A stretch of DNA of 64,000 nucleotides from IMG/VR virus record IMGVR_UViG_3300017763_000002, positions 124,001 to 188,000 of that record, one strand, 5' to 3'. Positions 30,803-41,166 of the stretch are shown here, in pieces. The position numbers were made by a program, and so were the translations under genes. Position 1 is the stretch's first letter, and every line of letters begins with the position of its first letter. Under the pieces are notes generated by a model. That model was not told the DNA's origin, made no database searches, and was given only the letters and a program-made list of their open reading frames with translations.

Positions 30803-33800
30803 TTAAAAAATTAATATTGAAGTGTTTTCTGGCTCTAATTGTATCTGGTAACAATTATTTTGATACCTTTGGTCGTTCTGAGTGATGTGAGAACTTAATA
30901 TTCCTGCTTTTAAATCTCCCCAAGTTTTACCTACCCAATATCCTCCGTCACCGTCAGAGCTACTTCCAGTAAATCCATGAGGAGTTAGATACAAATTGTA
31001 AGCCTGCAAAACATCATTAGAACTTAGCACTCTACTGAGATCCCAAGCAGATGGAGGAATAACATATCTTCCGTCGGCTTCCATTGCATTTTTTAAATGT
31101 CCCCAAGCCTGACCTATCCAATATCCTCCGTCACCGTCAGAGCTACTTCCAGTAAATCCATGGGGCGACATATGCAAGTCGTAAGCCCTCATAACATCAT
31201 CAGCATTAAGTACCCTATTAAGATCCCATGAAGCTGTTGAATTTTCAAGTAAAATATCTGCGCAAATTATTTCTCCGCCAGAAACCTCTATTTGATCAGG
31301 AACTTCTATGCTACCATCAGCATCAGTTATTGTTCTAAAAGAAAGCACTGTTGTTACTTGGTCTGCAATTAATAAATCAGCTGTAGTTTCTGTTATTTCT
31401 GTATCATTTGGCTGCGGTCCTACTGGTTCTGTTGGTTCGGTAGTTGCTGGTGCGCTAGGCCCTCCAACTGTTGTATTTGGGAAACTTCCAGGTCCAGATT
31501 TAAAATAGTCTTCTCCACCTTCACTAGCAAATGTTCCAAAAGAATTCCAAAACCACATCGATTTTGATTGAGAGAAAACCCATCCGTCCCCAGAGTTTGA
31601 AGAAGTTAATCTACCAAACCAAAACCAATCTGAATAATTCTGTATGTAAAACCATTCTTGACCAACGCTTCCCCAAACCCATCCGTACCTTAAAGTATAA
31701 AACCATCCGTAAGTTAAAGGGTCTTGATCTTGCATTACAATACACACTCCAAATACTGGATGCGTAAATATATGTGGGAAAACCATGCCCGTGTCTGTGC
31801 CTCCTTTAGATCCAGGAGTTCCATTTTGTTCTGTAGAAGATGTAGCAGGATCTGCGGTTGGGTCAGGTATAGTAAATGTATCTGATTCTATAGAAGTTCC
31901 TCCCCAAGCTAATTTCACAACTTGGCCAACAGCAGCAGAAGCTCCGGTATTTGCAGATGAAGTAATTAATCCAGACTGATATGCTCCAAAATTTTCCCAC
32001 GCATCAAAACCTCCGCCAGCCCTTTGTCTGTATAATATTAAACCCCTTGAATCGGTTCCGTTGTGATTACCACTAAAAGATACGGTTGCTGTATTGTCTG
32101 AGTTCATTTGAACGTTCAAAACTTGTAAAAATTCTTCTGTCGCTACTTGAATATCAATTGTAGATCCATCTGTTAAATCTATAGTTTCTCCTGTAGTAGT
32201 TACTAGATCATTAGTAGCAATAACTTCTGAAGGTTCAAAAGTATCGTTTTTCTTGTTTATAGTTACAGGCATTTGCCCTGTCAAAGGAGGTTCGGTTAAT
32301 GCAGGAGAGACTACGCACCCTGGGCCTCCATTATTGCCTGTTAAAATTTCAGTTACAGTGGTTTCTTGTTCGTTTGGTGGGTCACCAACAATAATTACGT
32401 CTCCAACTTTTAGCCCATGGCCATCGTTCAATCCTGTAATTGTGGTTCCATCTCCATTAGGCGGAAGATTTACAGTGCAAACTCCGGGCTCAACTGGTTG
32501 TGTGTGGCCTCCGCCACCGCCACCGCCACCGCTTGTAATTCGATAAATATTTGGAGACATCAGCCAATACCAAGCGCTAGTTGTTCCAAAATATATCCAC
32601 CCTATACCTCCATGCCCATCTTCTCCAAGTTCCCCTACATACCACCAGCCGTTCCATCGAGTAGAATAAAACCAAGGGTAAGCGTCAAAATAAGTACCAA
32701 AATGAGTAGAGCTATACCATCCTTCAGGCAACGGCGGCTCCAAAACTTTTTCTGGAGGGCATATAATAATTAGCTCTTCGTCTTTTTCGACTGGCTCTGG
32801 TTCATCAGGCTTTTTGTTTTCAATTCCAGGGGGTTGTGCTGGAACTATTGATCCATCTGGCTTTGTAAGTAGAGTTGGATTGCCAGTAAATGTACATCCA
32901 ATTGTGTCGTTGTCCCCTTCAGGAAACATGTTAACAACGACAGGAAAAGTTATATTCCAAGGGTCAAATGGAGACGGAAAAATAAACCACTTGCTATATC
33001 TAAAAATATAAATAATTCTAGAAACACCGTTCCATAAAAACCATCCCCACAACCTACTGTATAGCAAAAACAATCTTCCACCGCCTCCGGTTTCTTCATT
33101 TTCTGGAACCGTCTTGCTTCCTTTGAATCCTCCTGGACAGCCCCATGGATTGTGAGGTGTTGTTTCATTTTCTGGATTATCATTTATTTCTTTTCCTCCT
33201 CCACCGTCGCCAGGAACCTTTTTGGATATAGTAACAGGCATTTCTCCTGTCAAAGGAGGCGAGGTTAGCGGAGGAGAAACTACGCATCCTGGCCCAGGAG
33301 CGCCAGTTAAAATTTCAGTGATGGTTCTTTCTTGTTGGTTCGGCGGGTCACCAACAAGCACCACGTCTCCCACTTTTAGTCCTGTGATATTAATGCCAGT
33401 AATAAGAGTTCCGTCTCCATTAGGCGGAAGATTTACAGTACAAACGCCAGGGTTAATAATTGATTCTTCGGAGACAAGTTTTTTGTTTATAGTGGCAGGC
33501 ATAATTCCTGTCAAAGGAGGAACGGTAAAAGGTGGAGAAACTACACATCCTGGACCACCATTATTGCCTGTTAAAATTTGAGTAATAACTCTTTCTTGTT
33601 GGTTTGGCGGGTCGCCGACTATAATAATATCTCCAACTTCTAATCCATGGTCATCGTTCAATCCCGTAACAATACTTCCATCTCCGTTAGGCGGAAGATT
33701 AATTGTGCATACGCCAGGTTCAACCAGTTCTTTCTTACACACAATTGAAGTAGAAACAAATTCGTCTAGTTCCCCTGTTTTATCATCATCATCTGTACCC

Positions 33801-35134
33801 TGTTTGTTTATGTTGTCTTCTTCTTTTTCTGTTCCATCAGGTTTAAATGCTTTTCCGCCACCGATTGTGCACCATATACCATTAGGCAAAGGCCTAGAAA
33901 ACCAACACGGCCCGTATGGACTCCCGTTTAAAGTTTCCAATAATCCAATAAAGACCCAGCAATTATATTTATTACTCCACAACCAGTTTGGGTGTCGAGT
34001 GGTTACCCAAAACCAACCCCATAAACTACTGTAATACCATGAGCTGCCACTAGAAGTTGAAGTTACTTTTTTTACTGTTGTACCTCCACCTCCAGTCCCA
34101 GAAGTAAAAGGTTTTGATACTCTTACGCATGATCCTCCTAAAATTTCAGATATAACTCTGGTTTGAATTTCTGGGCTGAAATCATCTCCTACAATAATTG
34201 TATCTCCAACGCTTAAAGCAGAGGTGTCTAATCCACAAATTTTTGTTGCGTCGTCGTCTAAATCTATAGTTCCTTTTGGATTACCTACTGTAGTAGTGCC
34301 TTTCTTCTTGACTTTGATCCCAGTTCCGCCTCCATCTAGCGGAGGGCTTGTAAGCGGTGGGTCTACCTTTACTCCATCAGGCGGCAGAAGTTGTGTGATT
34401 TTTACTTCTAGTTCATTTGGCGGCTCACCGACAATTATAGTATCTCCGACTTCTAATTCTGAAGTATCAAGCCCAGTAATAACAGTACCGTCTCCACTGG
34501 GAGGAAGATTTATATTCCCGCCTCCTGTTTTCTTTTTGATTGTATACGGCGGATTAGTAGACAATGGTGGAATCGTTAAAGGAACACTTATTCTGCACCC
34601 TGGCCCTCCATTACTTGGGGCTAAAATTTCAGTTACAGTTCTTTCTTGTTGGTTTGGCGGGTCGCCAACAATAATTACATCTCCCACTTTTAAGTCATTT
34701 GTAATAATTCCGGTGATAGTTTTTCCGTCTCCTTCTGGAGGAAAATTGCATTGACAAGTTCCAGGTTCTAAAGTTTTTGTGCCAGGAATTTCTACATCTA
34801 AAGGAGGATCTCCTGGAATTCCTCCTCCTGCCCCTCCACCAGTATCTATTATAAGACTAGAATCATTTCCTTGTCCATTCCCCGACTCTTCTCCTCCGCC
34901 GTCACCTACTCCAGAGTTGGGTTCAACGTGAAGATTAACAACATCATTTAAAGATCTTGGGTATACATCTTGTAAAGAGGACAGCATGGCAGCTCTATTC
35001 AGCGAAAACGATCCGCCCTCAAGATCTCCAGTCACCAATTGACCAATTGAATTTAATGCTGCATCATTATCTGGATCAACAAAATCTCGGAATGCTTGAA
35101 TTTTATTAAACAAGGCTATAAAGTTTTTGGACAT
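30803..35134 (-). CDS. Large repetitive virion/surface protein (Pro/Gly repeats plus Trp-rich modules)
   Basis: About 1443 aa from ATG 35134 (9 nt after GTGTA); six PPxGDG..ITG..LxVGD.I.VG-type repeats. Confidence 0.65.
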   Translation of the reverse strand: MSKNFIALFNKIQAFRDFVDPDNDAALNSIGQLVTGDLEGGSFSLNRAAMLSSLQDVYPRSLNDVVNLHVEPNSGVGDGGGEESGNGQGNDSSLIIDTGGGAGGGIPGDPPLDVEIPGTKTLEPGTCQCNFPPEGDGKTITGIITNDLKVGDVIIVGDPPNQQERTVTEILAPSNGGPGCRISVPLTIPPLSTNPPYTIKKKTGGGNINLPPSGDGTVITGLDTSELEVGDTIIVGEPPNELEVKITQLLPPDGVKVDPPLTSPPLDGGGTGIKVKKKGTTTVGNPKGTIDLDDDATKICGLDTSALSVGDTIIVGDDFSPEIQTRVISEILGGSCVRVSKPFTSGTGGGGTTVKKVTSTSSGSSWYYSSLWGWFWVTTRHPNWLWSNKYNCWVFIGLLETLNGSPYGPCWFSRPLPNGIWCTIGGGKAFKPDGTEKEEDNINKQGTDDDDKTGELDEFVSTSIVCKKELVEPGVCTINLPPNGDGSIVTGLNDDHGLEVGDIIIVGDPPNQQERVITQILTGNNGGPGCVVSPPFTVPPLTGIMPATINKKLVSEESIINPGVCTVNLPPNGDGTLITGINITGLKVGDVVLVGDPPNQQERTITEILTGAPGPGCVVSPPLTSPPLTGEMPVTISKKVPGDGGGGKEINDNPENETTPHNPWGCPGGFKGSKTVPENEETGGGGRLFLLYSRLWGWFLWNGVSRIIYIFRYSKWFIFPSPFDPWNITFPVVVNMFPEGDNDTIGCTFTGNPTLLTKPDGSIVPAQPPGIENKKPDEPEPVEKDEELIIICPPEKVLEPPLPEGWYSSTHFGTYFDAYPWFYSTRWNGWWYVGELGEDGHGGIGWIYFGTTSAWYWLMSPNIYRITSGGGGGGGGHTQPVEPGVCTVNLPPNGDGTTITGLNDGHGLKVGDVIIVGDPPNEQETTVTEILTGNNGGPGCVVSPALTEPPLTGQMPVTINKKNDTFEPSEVIATNDLVTTTGETIDLTDGSTIDIQVATEEFLQVLNVQMNSDNTATVSFSGNHNGTDSRGLILYRQRAGGGFDAWENFGAYQSGLITSSANTGASAAVGQVVKLAWGGTSIESDTFTIPDPTADPATSSTEQNGTPGSKGGTDTGMVFPHIFTHPVFGVCIVMQDQDPLTYGWFYTLRYGWVWGSVGQEWFYIQNYSDWFWFGRLTSSNSGDGWVFSQSKSMWFWNSFGTFASEGGEDYFKSGPGSFPNTTVGGPSAPATTEPTEPVGPQPNDTEITETTADLLIADQVTTVLSFRTITDADGSIEVPDQIEVSGGEIICADILLENSTASWDLNRVLNADDVMRAYDLHMSPHGFTGSSSDGDGGYWIGQAWGHLKNAMEADGRYVIPPSAWDLSRVLSSNDVLQAYNLYLTPHGFTGSSSDGDGGYWVGKTWGDLKAGILSSHITQNDQRYQNNCYQIQLEPENTSILIF
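30935..31162. repeat. 45-bp exact direct repeat, 183-bp period
   Basis: CCAATATCCTCCGTCACCGTCAGAGCTACTTCCAGTAAATCCATG at 30935-30979 and 31118-31162. Confidence 0.9.
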
Positions 35135-35205
35135 GGTATTATATACACAAATAAACAAATTTAAATTTTTTTTTATTTTAAAATGTTTTCAGTGTATTAT
35201 GTATT

Positions 35206-38200
35206 ATGCCAAACAAAACAATTCGTAATCTTAATACCGCTGATCAGTTAAATGGTGGTGACTTTTTGGTTATCGCGCAAACCGATGGTTCAACAAAAAA
35301 AATTCCTGTTTCTCGTTTTTCATCCGAGATGGGAGTTGTTACTGACAGTAACGGCAGAGCAGTAACTACCAATAGATTTAAAATTCCTGTTGGAATTGAT
35401 AGCCACGTAAAAGGACTTGATGGAGTTGAGCGTAGCGCAAGTAATAGTCATAGCGACAAAGCTTTTATGCTTGTTACTCCTCAGTCAGGAACAGATGAAG
35501 AATCCGTTAGACAAACTGATTTTTGTTATTTTTGTGCAGAAAGTCAGCCAGTAACTTGTTTAATTCTTAATAGACCTTTTGTGAACCTTGATGAAGCAAT
35601 GGTTTGGGCTCGATATAATATTCCTGCTGGAGCAGATGTGCAATTTGAAATGTGGGGCAACACATGCGCTTTGCATTTAGCAGACAGTCTTGGACAGTTT
35701 AGTACTGGTATTACTTCAGCGATGAAATACAATTCTCTTATACTTGTTCCTAAAATGAGGTGGATTGGAGTTTATAATTCGAGCACTGGATTCTGGGATG
35801 TTAATCCATACATAGGTCGCAGATGGATTGCTGATTTTAATCGAGGTCCGATAACTGCTGGCTTTGGACTAACGAACCGTTCTGGCTATCATGGAATGGG
35901 AAGCACGTCCGACCACGTAAACTATAGAACTCGTGGCGGAGACGGAGCAGGCATGCTTTTAAATAGCCTTGGAACTTCTAGAGGATTTAAAAACCATTTG
36001 ACGGGCATGACCAGAAATTCAAATTTTTGGGACTACGGAGGTATGGGCCACGTACCTATAGATGACCATGGAAACGCAGATGGAGATCTGGGGCAACCAT
36101 TAAATGCTCAATTGATGCATATACCTGATGATATTAACATTCATGTTGGAGGCAGTGGCGCCGCATTAAGATTTTGGTTTAGATATATTCCTCAAGTATA
36201 TATTATTGGAATGAATTTTTGCGATTATGCTTTTGGAAATCGGATGGTTAATCAAAGATTTTTTAGAATATCTAATGGTATTTGTCACGTTTTGGGAGAG
36301 CCGAACCCGAATTATGATGGAGGTCAATACATAATGGCCAACGAAAGAGGCCCTGGATTTTATACTAAACATGATTCGTCACATATTTTTGAAACAACAG
36401 AAAGCGGCATGGTTTATATCATGACAAATATTAGACAGTATACTGTTGGCTCAACAAGATCTGGATACAATCAGTTAGTTGCCAAAAGAGCAGAAATGGA
36501 CGCCTTAGGATTAACTTTACAAGACGAAACTTACGGTGATGGTAGATGGGGCGGTCACGTTTTAGGGTCAACTGTTTACGATTATTGGCTGCCTGCAGTT
36601 CGCCAAGCAATTAGTATTGGTAAATGCGGAATCGGAGGTTCTGGAGCAAATACGCAGAGCTATGTTATTTTTGATCCTCTTGCTAGTGGATGGAGAAGGT
36701 TCATGGGCCAACTTTGTCTTGATAATGGAGATTTAAGCTATAGCAACGGAGAAAAAATGATAGGTTGGGCAAGAAGCAACGTTTTTGAAACTACAAATGG
36801 ATATGGTGGAAACGGTCAGGTTCGTCCGGTAACGGATTTTCCAAATTCTGTAGACGGAATTAGGAACCATATGTTTAGAGGCGACGAACAATTAATTGCT
36901 TATGATCCGCCCGACAATGATACTCTAGGATTTTTTGATCTTCCTGCGATTGATTGGGGAGAAACCCACGCAACAGATGGTAGGTTTTTGCCAGACGGAG
37001 GGCCTTTTGGATGGTTAATGGGAGACAATACGGCTACTGCGATGTCGCTGGAAGGAACTCCGGGAACTGGCCTGAGTGTTCCCCTTTATCGTAGCTGGGG
37101 TAATACGACTACTCCATTCAATGCAGGTATATACAATTACCACCACGGGAAAGTTAAGCCAGACAATAATAGTTTCATTTGGAATATGGGCGGAGGAAGT
37201 CATCATGCCCCGTGTTGCACTTGGCAGATCGCAAAAATTAATGACAATGGACATTTTGTTCAAACTACACCTGGAGTTAATACCGGCCCCGGACAAGGTT
37301 GGGCGTTAACAAACGACAATACTGCTTATTATAACAACAGTGGAGATAGAGTGTATAGTAACAGAGGATACAGACACTTTTATATTGGCCGTCAGAGTCA
37401 GTACAATGATGATTATCCCAACAATCACACTCCAACAGATCCTGACAATTGGAAATATTTAAACGCAGGAGGAGGAACAGATTTCTTACAGGGGTATACA
37501 ACAGGAGCTGCTTGCAGGCTTGGAGCTTCAATTTGGTTCAGTCCAGAAAGTGCTTTTAATTTTTCAACAGATAATGGATCAATTTACATGAATAAATTTT
37601 ATAATGTAAATAATTACAATGGATATAACGCAGTTTATTCAAGTCCCTCACTTGGCAACATGCATGGCGCGCCGCTGCTCTCCGGATTCGGCGGGGACGC
37701 AGGAATCATGAGTACTTCAATGAACTCTAACAAATCTTCTGTACTTTCTTGGTTTCACCCTAGTAAGTATGGTAGAGTTTTAACGCTTCCAACAAAAGCT
37801 GGGGGAACGCATTCAGGAACTCTTGCGGATCATCCAGATGGATTTTTTGGTGCGCCAGGCGGACAAATCAGAAGCGGAGTTAATTTTCTTCCGATGATAG
37901 AGGCTTCTTTTGATAATATAACCGATGCCACCGCTGGAGCTGTTGATGATAATGCTTTTCCTGCGAAAAGTTGGGGCGGCTTTTGGTTTAATCCGCACGA
38001 CATGTTTAAATATCATCCGGGTCAAGGATCTCATATCACTGAACAACATTTTATAGAAACTCCTAATGGAAGCTCTATTACAATTGGCGGCGGCCAAAAA
38101 GTAAGCAACTCTTCTTATCCTGGGTTATTAAAAGAAAGGGTAAATCTTGCGAAAGCTTTGGGCAACAATAGATTAATTTTTCATCCGCTTTCTAACGCTA

Positions 38201-38550
38201 TGTATATAAATTCAAACGGCAGCCCCTCAGAGGGCAGCTGGTGGTCTTCAAATACTACCGCCGGCAATTCGTATGGGCTTCCTGCAGACAGAGATGGGGT
38301 CGCCCCAGAAGTGCCTGGCGTAAACAGGATCGGAAGTCAGGCGGTCGGGACTAAACCATATAATATAGTTTTCAACCTTGAAGCGTACAGAGAAATTCAA
38401 CATTGTCCTCCAAATTTTTCTGTCAGAAGCGACGGACATAGAAATAATCCTTATCACGGAACAGTTTATGTTAGAGATGTTTATGGTATTAACGGATCGC
38501 ACCCAGCAGCAGGCGCACAACTTAATCAGTTTCCAGGAACAGCGCAGTAA
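35206..38550 (+). CDS. Putative tail fibre/receptor-binding protein
   Basis: 1114 aa Gly/Asn/Trp-rich; N-terminus PNKTIRNLNTADQLNGGDFLVIAQ resembles N-termini of other fibres; followed by a fibre-assembly gene. Confidence 0.55.
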   Translation: MPNKTIRNLNTADQLNGGDFLVIAQTDGSTKKIPVSRFSSEMGVVTDSNGRAVTTNRFKIPVGIDSHVKGLDGVERSASNSHSDKAFMLVTPQSGTDEESVRQTDFCYFCAESQPVTCLILNRPFVNLDEAMVWARYNIPAGADVQFEMWGNTCALHLADSLGQFSTGITSAMKYNSLILVPKMRWIGVYNSSTGFWDVNPYIGRRWIADFNRGPITAGFGLTNRSGYHGMGSTSDHVNYRTRGGDGAGMLLNSLGTSRGFKNHLTGMTRNSNFWDYGGMGHVPIDDHGNADGDLGQPLNAQLMHIPDDINIHVGGSGAALRFWFRYIPQVYIIGMNFCDYAFGNRMVNQRFFRISNGICHVLGEPNPNYDGGQYIMANERGPGFYTKHDSSHIFETTESGMVYIMTNIRQYTVGSTRSGYNQLVAKRAEMDALGLTLQDETYGDGRWGGHVLGSTVYDYWLPAVRQAISIGKCGIGGSGANTQSYVIFDPLASGWRRFMGQLCLDNGDLSYSNGEKMIGWARSNVFETTNGYGGNGQVRPVTDFPNSVDGIRNHMFRGDEQLIAYDPPDNDTLGFFDLPAIDWGETHATDGRFLPDGGPFGWLMGDNTATAMSLEGTPGTGLSVPLYRSWGNTTTPFNAGIYNYHHGKVKPDNNSFIWNMGGGSHHAPCCTWQIAKINDNGHFVQTTPGVNTGPGQGWALTNDNTAYYNNSGDRVYSNRGYRHFYIGRQSQYNDDYPNNHTPTDPDNWKYLNAGGGTDFLQGYTTGAACRLGASIWFSPESAFNFSTDNGSIYMNKFYNVNNYNGYNAVYSSPSLGNMHGAPLLSGFGGDAGIMSTSMNSNKSSVLSWFHPSKYGRVLTLPTKAGGTHSGTLADHPDGFFGAPGGQIRSGVNFLPMIEASFDNITDATAGAVDDNAFPAKSWGGFWFNPHDMFKYHPGQGSHITEQHFIETPNGSSITIGGGQKVSNSSYPGLLKERVNLAKALGNNRLIFHPLSNAMYINSNGSPSEGSWWSSNTTAGNSYGLPADRDGVAPEVPGVNRIGSQAVGTKPYNIVFNLEAYREIQHCPPNFSVRSDGHRNNPYHGTVYVRDVYGINGSHPAAGAQLNQFPGTAQ

Positions 38551-38565
38551 ATTATTTTAAATATT

Positions 38566-39471
38566 ATGAGTGATGAACAATATAAATTAAGTGACGAAGA
38601 AGCCACAAGGCTTTTAAAAATTGCGGGCAGCAATTCAGACTCTGCAGAAGGCTATATTAATAAGGCAGATATTAGACTTCATGAACGACTTACTGAATTA
38701 GATCGATTAATTTATGCAGAAGATGAAGAAGATTTTTCTGACCAGCCAGAACGTGGAGATCCAGAGTGGGAAGAATGGAACGCTAGAAGATTAGAATCAA
38801 TCAATAAAGCCGATCGTGAACTCAGAGAACGCAAATTAAGATCTCAAAGAAATGAACTTCTTAAGCATACAGATTGGTTTATACAACCAGATGTAGATCT
38901 TACAGAAGAAGATAAAACTTTAGTTAAAAACTGGCGCCAGGCACTAAGAGACGCGCCAGATTCATCTGCTTGGCCTAAAGAATTGCCTTTAGCTCCAGAT
39001 GTAAAAGGAATTTATAATATTATATTAGAAGTATTTAATTTACAACCAGCAGAATCAGTTATCAAAGAACTAGAAATACCCGACGATGAAATTGTTAAAA
39101 AATTTACCAAAGGAGGAGAACAATATGATCCTGATACGTTTGAAAAATGGAAAAAATCAAGCGAAGAAAAAACCGCTGCATTTTTAGAAGAAAATAAGCC
39201 AGAAGAAGTAAAATCAAAAACTTTTAAACCTTTATTTAATACAGAAATTGTAGAAGAAAAAGAAATAGACGGGGTTAAATGTTGTTTAAATAAAGATGGC
39301 GTTTGGGTCACTGCCGGGGAAATAGAGTCTTCAAAAAAATACGAAGAAAAATATAAAGCAGAACCTAAACCCAAACGGGCTAGAGATGAAGACGGAAAAT
39401 TTATTCCTGACGATCCAGAGACTCCAGACCACAACGAAGCCTGGGAAGGCGGCAAAGCTCCCGAAAAATAA
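38566..39471 (+). CDS. Tail fibre assembly chaperone domain protein
   Basis: LRSQRNELLKHTDWFIQPDV...WRQALRDAP (Phage_tail_APC-like); C-terminal RARDEDGKFIPDDPETPDHNEAW. Confidence 0.7.
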   Translation: MSDEQYKLSDEEATRLLKIAGSNSDSAEGYINKADIRLHERLTELDRLIYAEDEEDFSDQPERGDPEWEEWNARRLESINKADRELRERKLRSQRNELLKHTDWFIQPDVDLTEEDKTLVKNWRQALRDAPDSSAWPKELPLAPDVKGIYNIILEVFNLQPAESVIKELEIPDDEIVKKFTKGGEQYDPDTFEKWKKSSEEKTAAFLEENKPEEVKSKTFKPLFNTEIVEEKEIDGVKCCLNKDGVWVTAGEIESSKKYEEKYKAEPKPKRARDEDGKFIPDDPETPDHNEAWEGGKAPEK

Positions 39472-39474
39472 TGC

Positions 39475-39503
39475 TTGACAAATCTTTACTTATATAGTAA
39501 AGT
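39475..39503 (+). promoter_or_regulatory. sigma70-type promoter, leaderless
   Basis: TTGACA-17-TAAAGT, ATG 6 nt downstream. Confidence 0.7.
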
Positions 39504-39509
39504 TAAAAT

Positions 39510-40049
39510 ATGTCAGACTTATTATACAAAACAAAAACATATCTTGTTGGGCATATGCAATATCTCTCTGGTAGAAACTGGAGAGAAGAAGTAACTGAAA
39601 AATTACAACCGTTGAATATAACCTGCTTTGATCCATACAAAAAGCCTTTCATGAAAGATGTCGAAGAAGATGAAGCATCTAGACAAGAAATGGAAACATG
39701 GATGCGTACAAAACAATACGATCGAGTTACAGACAGAATGAAAACAGTACGTTCTTACGATTTAAATCTTGTTGATAGAAGTGATTTTATTATTGCTCAT
39801 CTAGTTCCAGATGTAGCTTCTTGGGGCAGCGCAGAAGAGATTGTTACGGCGGTACGCATGAAGAAGCCTGTCTTTATTAGCATGGAAGGGGGTAAAGCAA
39901 AGACCCCTCTTTGGATGCTAGGAATGCTTCCTCACAAATTTATATATAATAGTCTTGACGAAATTATAGAAATGTTGTATGCTATTAATAATGGAAACAA
40001 AGAAATCGATTCAGATAGATGGAGACTTTTACGAAAGGAATTTAGATGA
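39510..40049 (+). CDS. Nucleoside 2-deoxyribosyltransferase-like protein
   Basis: TYLVGHM...WREEV...CFDPY...DLNLVDRSDFIIAHL...SWGSAEEI...MKKPV. Confidence 0.8.
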   Translation: MSDLLYKTKTYLVGHMQYLSGRNWREEVTEKLQPLNITCFDPYKKPFMKDVEEDEASRQEMETWMRTKQYDRVTDRMKTVRSYDLNLVDRSDFIIAHLVPDVASWGSAEEIVTAVRMKKPVFISMEGGKAKTPLWMLGMLPHKFIYNSLDEIIEMLYAINNGNKEIDSDRWRLLRKEFR

Positions 40050-40210
40050 TTGAAATACTAGCAACATTGCCAGACAAAGAGTACATCTCTTTTTTCACAG
40101 GAGACTGGCTTGTATTTTCTATTGTAGGTGGCATCGTATGGGCTTATAAAGATAAATTTAAATTCAACCTCAGTGGTAGAGAAGAAGAGGACGAATGGCG
40201 TCATTTTTAA
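40046..40210 (+). CDS. Small membrane protein
   Basis: Hand-translated 54 aa, below track cut-off: MIEILATLPDKEYISFFTGDWLVFSIVGGIVWAYK...; overlaps both neighbours. Confidence 0.5.
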   Translation: MIEILATLPDKEYISFFTGDWLVFSIVGGIVWAYKDKFKFNLSGREEEDEWRHF

Positions 40211-41166
40211 CTGACATTGTAAGACTACCTTATCTTGAGAAGCCAACTCAAGAAGAGTTTTTAAATATCAGATCTAATCCAGCAGTATTTAAAAACGCCA
40301 TAGAGAATAAGAATGCATTAAATCTTACATTTGATAAAATCAAAAATGAAATATCAGATGTAGATATTAAACTCAGGCGATCTTTATGCAACAAGTCTGA
40401 GCGCATAATGACTACGCTGCATACATATGTAGATTATATTTTAAATCATCAGCCGCTAACAAATTGTTATGCAGAAAACCCAATGACAGGAGAGGCATCC
40501 TTTCATGACTATACAATTGAAGACAAACTTTATTGTTTAGAAATGGACGCAAATTATGATCCCGAGCTGGCCAAGTTCTTTTCTTGTCCTAGTTTTATGG
40601 GGGACTGGTATGACAAATATTTACCACTAATGAAAAGATCCGTGCTAGAAGGCAAGCGGCACACATGGTTTTTTATTGGCCCAGAAGATACTTTAAGTGA
40701 GTTGCACACAGACCACGATTCAATCCACACAACTATACAACAATGCGACGGCAAGAAAAGGTTTTTTATTATTAAGCCCGAAGAGCAAATTTGGTTAGAA
40801 GGCAGGCATTCTGAAGAAGTTATAGAGTCAGTAAGATTTGAAATCCTGAACGACAAACTTTCGGTGTCTTCAATTCTAAACAATAAAGAATCTGAAGCGA
40901 TCCTTAAAGACCTTCAAACAATACAAATCCATGTTAACGATTTAGTGCGTGGAGATGTAATATATATACCATCCATGACGGGGCACTGCGCTGTTAGTTT
41001 AACAAACTCAATCGGAGTTAGTAGAGATTTTATAGATGATACAAACATAGACAAGTATTTATTTTCGTGCCTTTTTTCCAGTCAAGTGTTTGAAGTAGCT
41101 CACAATATTATTCCTTACCCTCTATTACAAAATTTACAAAATGAATATGAAAGCATTAAAGTATAA
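40195..41166 (+). CDS. JmjC/cupin Fe(II)-2OG oxygenase
   Basis: WFFIGPEDTLSELHTD (HxD), DGKKRF, GDVIYIPSMTGH (distal His). Confidence 0.85.
   Translation: MASFLTDIVRLPYLEKPTQEEFLNIRSNPAVFKNAIENKNALNLTFDKIKNEISDVDIKLRRSLCNKSERIMTTLHTYVDYILNHQPLTNCYAENPMTGEASFHDYTIEDKLYCLEMDANYDPELAKFFSCPSFMGDWYDKYLPLMKRSVLEGKRHTWFFIGPEDTLSELHTDHDSIHTTIQQCDGKKRFFIIKPEEQIWLEGRHSEEVIESVRFEILNDKLSVSSILNNKESEAILKDLQTIQIHVNDLVRGDVIYIPSMTGHCAVSLTNSIGVSRDFIDDTNIDKYLFSCLFSSQVFEVAHNIIPYPLLQNLQNEYESIKV

Noticed and set aside
30803-35134. Diversity-generating retroelement TR/VR pair
   Set aside because: Repeats are all in-frame within one gene, differences are not adenine-specific, and no reverse transcriptase is present.
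3987-38550. Numerous 60-180-aa antisense or alternate-frame ORFs inside large genes (for example 5914-6480, 34224-34754)
   Set aside because: Shadows of the codon pattern and repeats of the main genes; no start signals or recognisable motifs.
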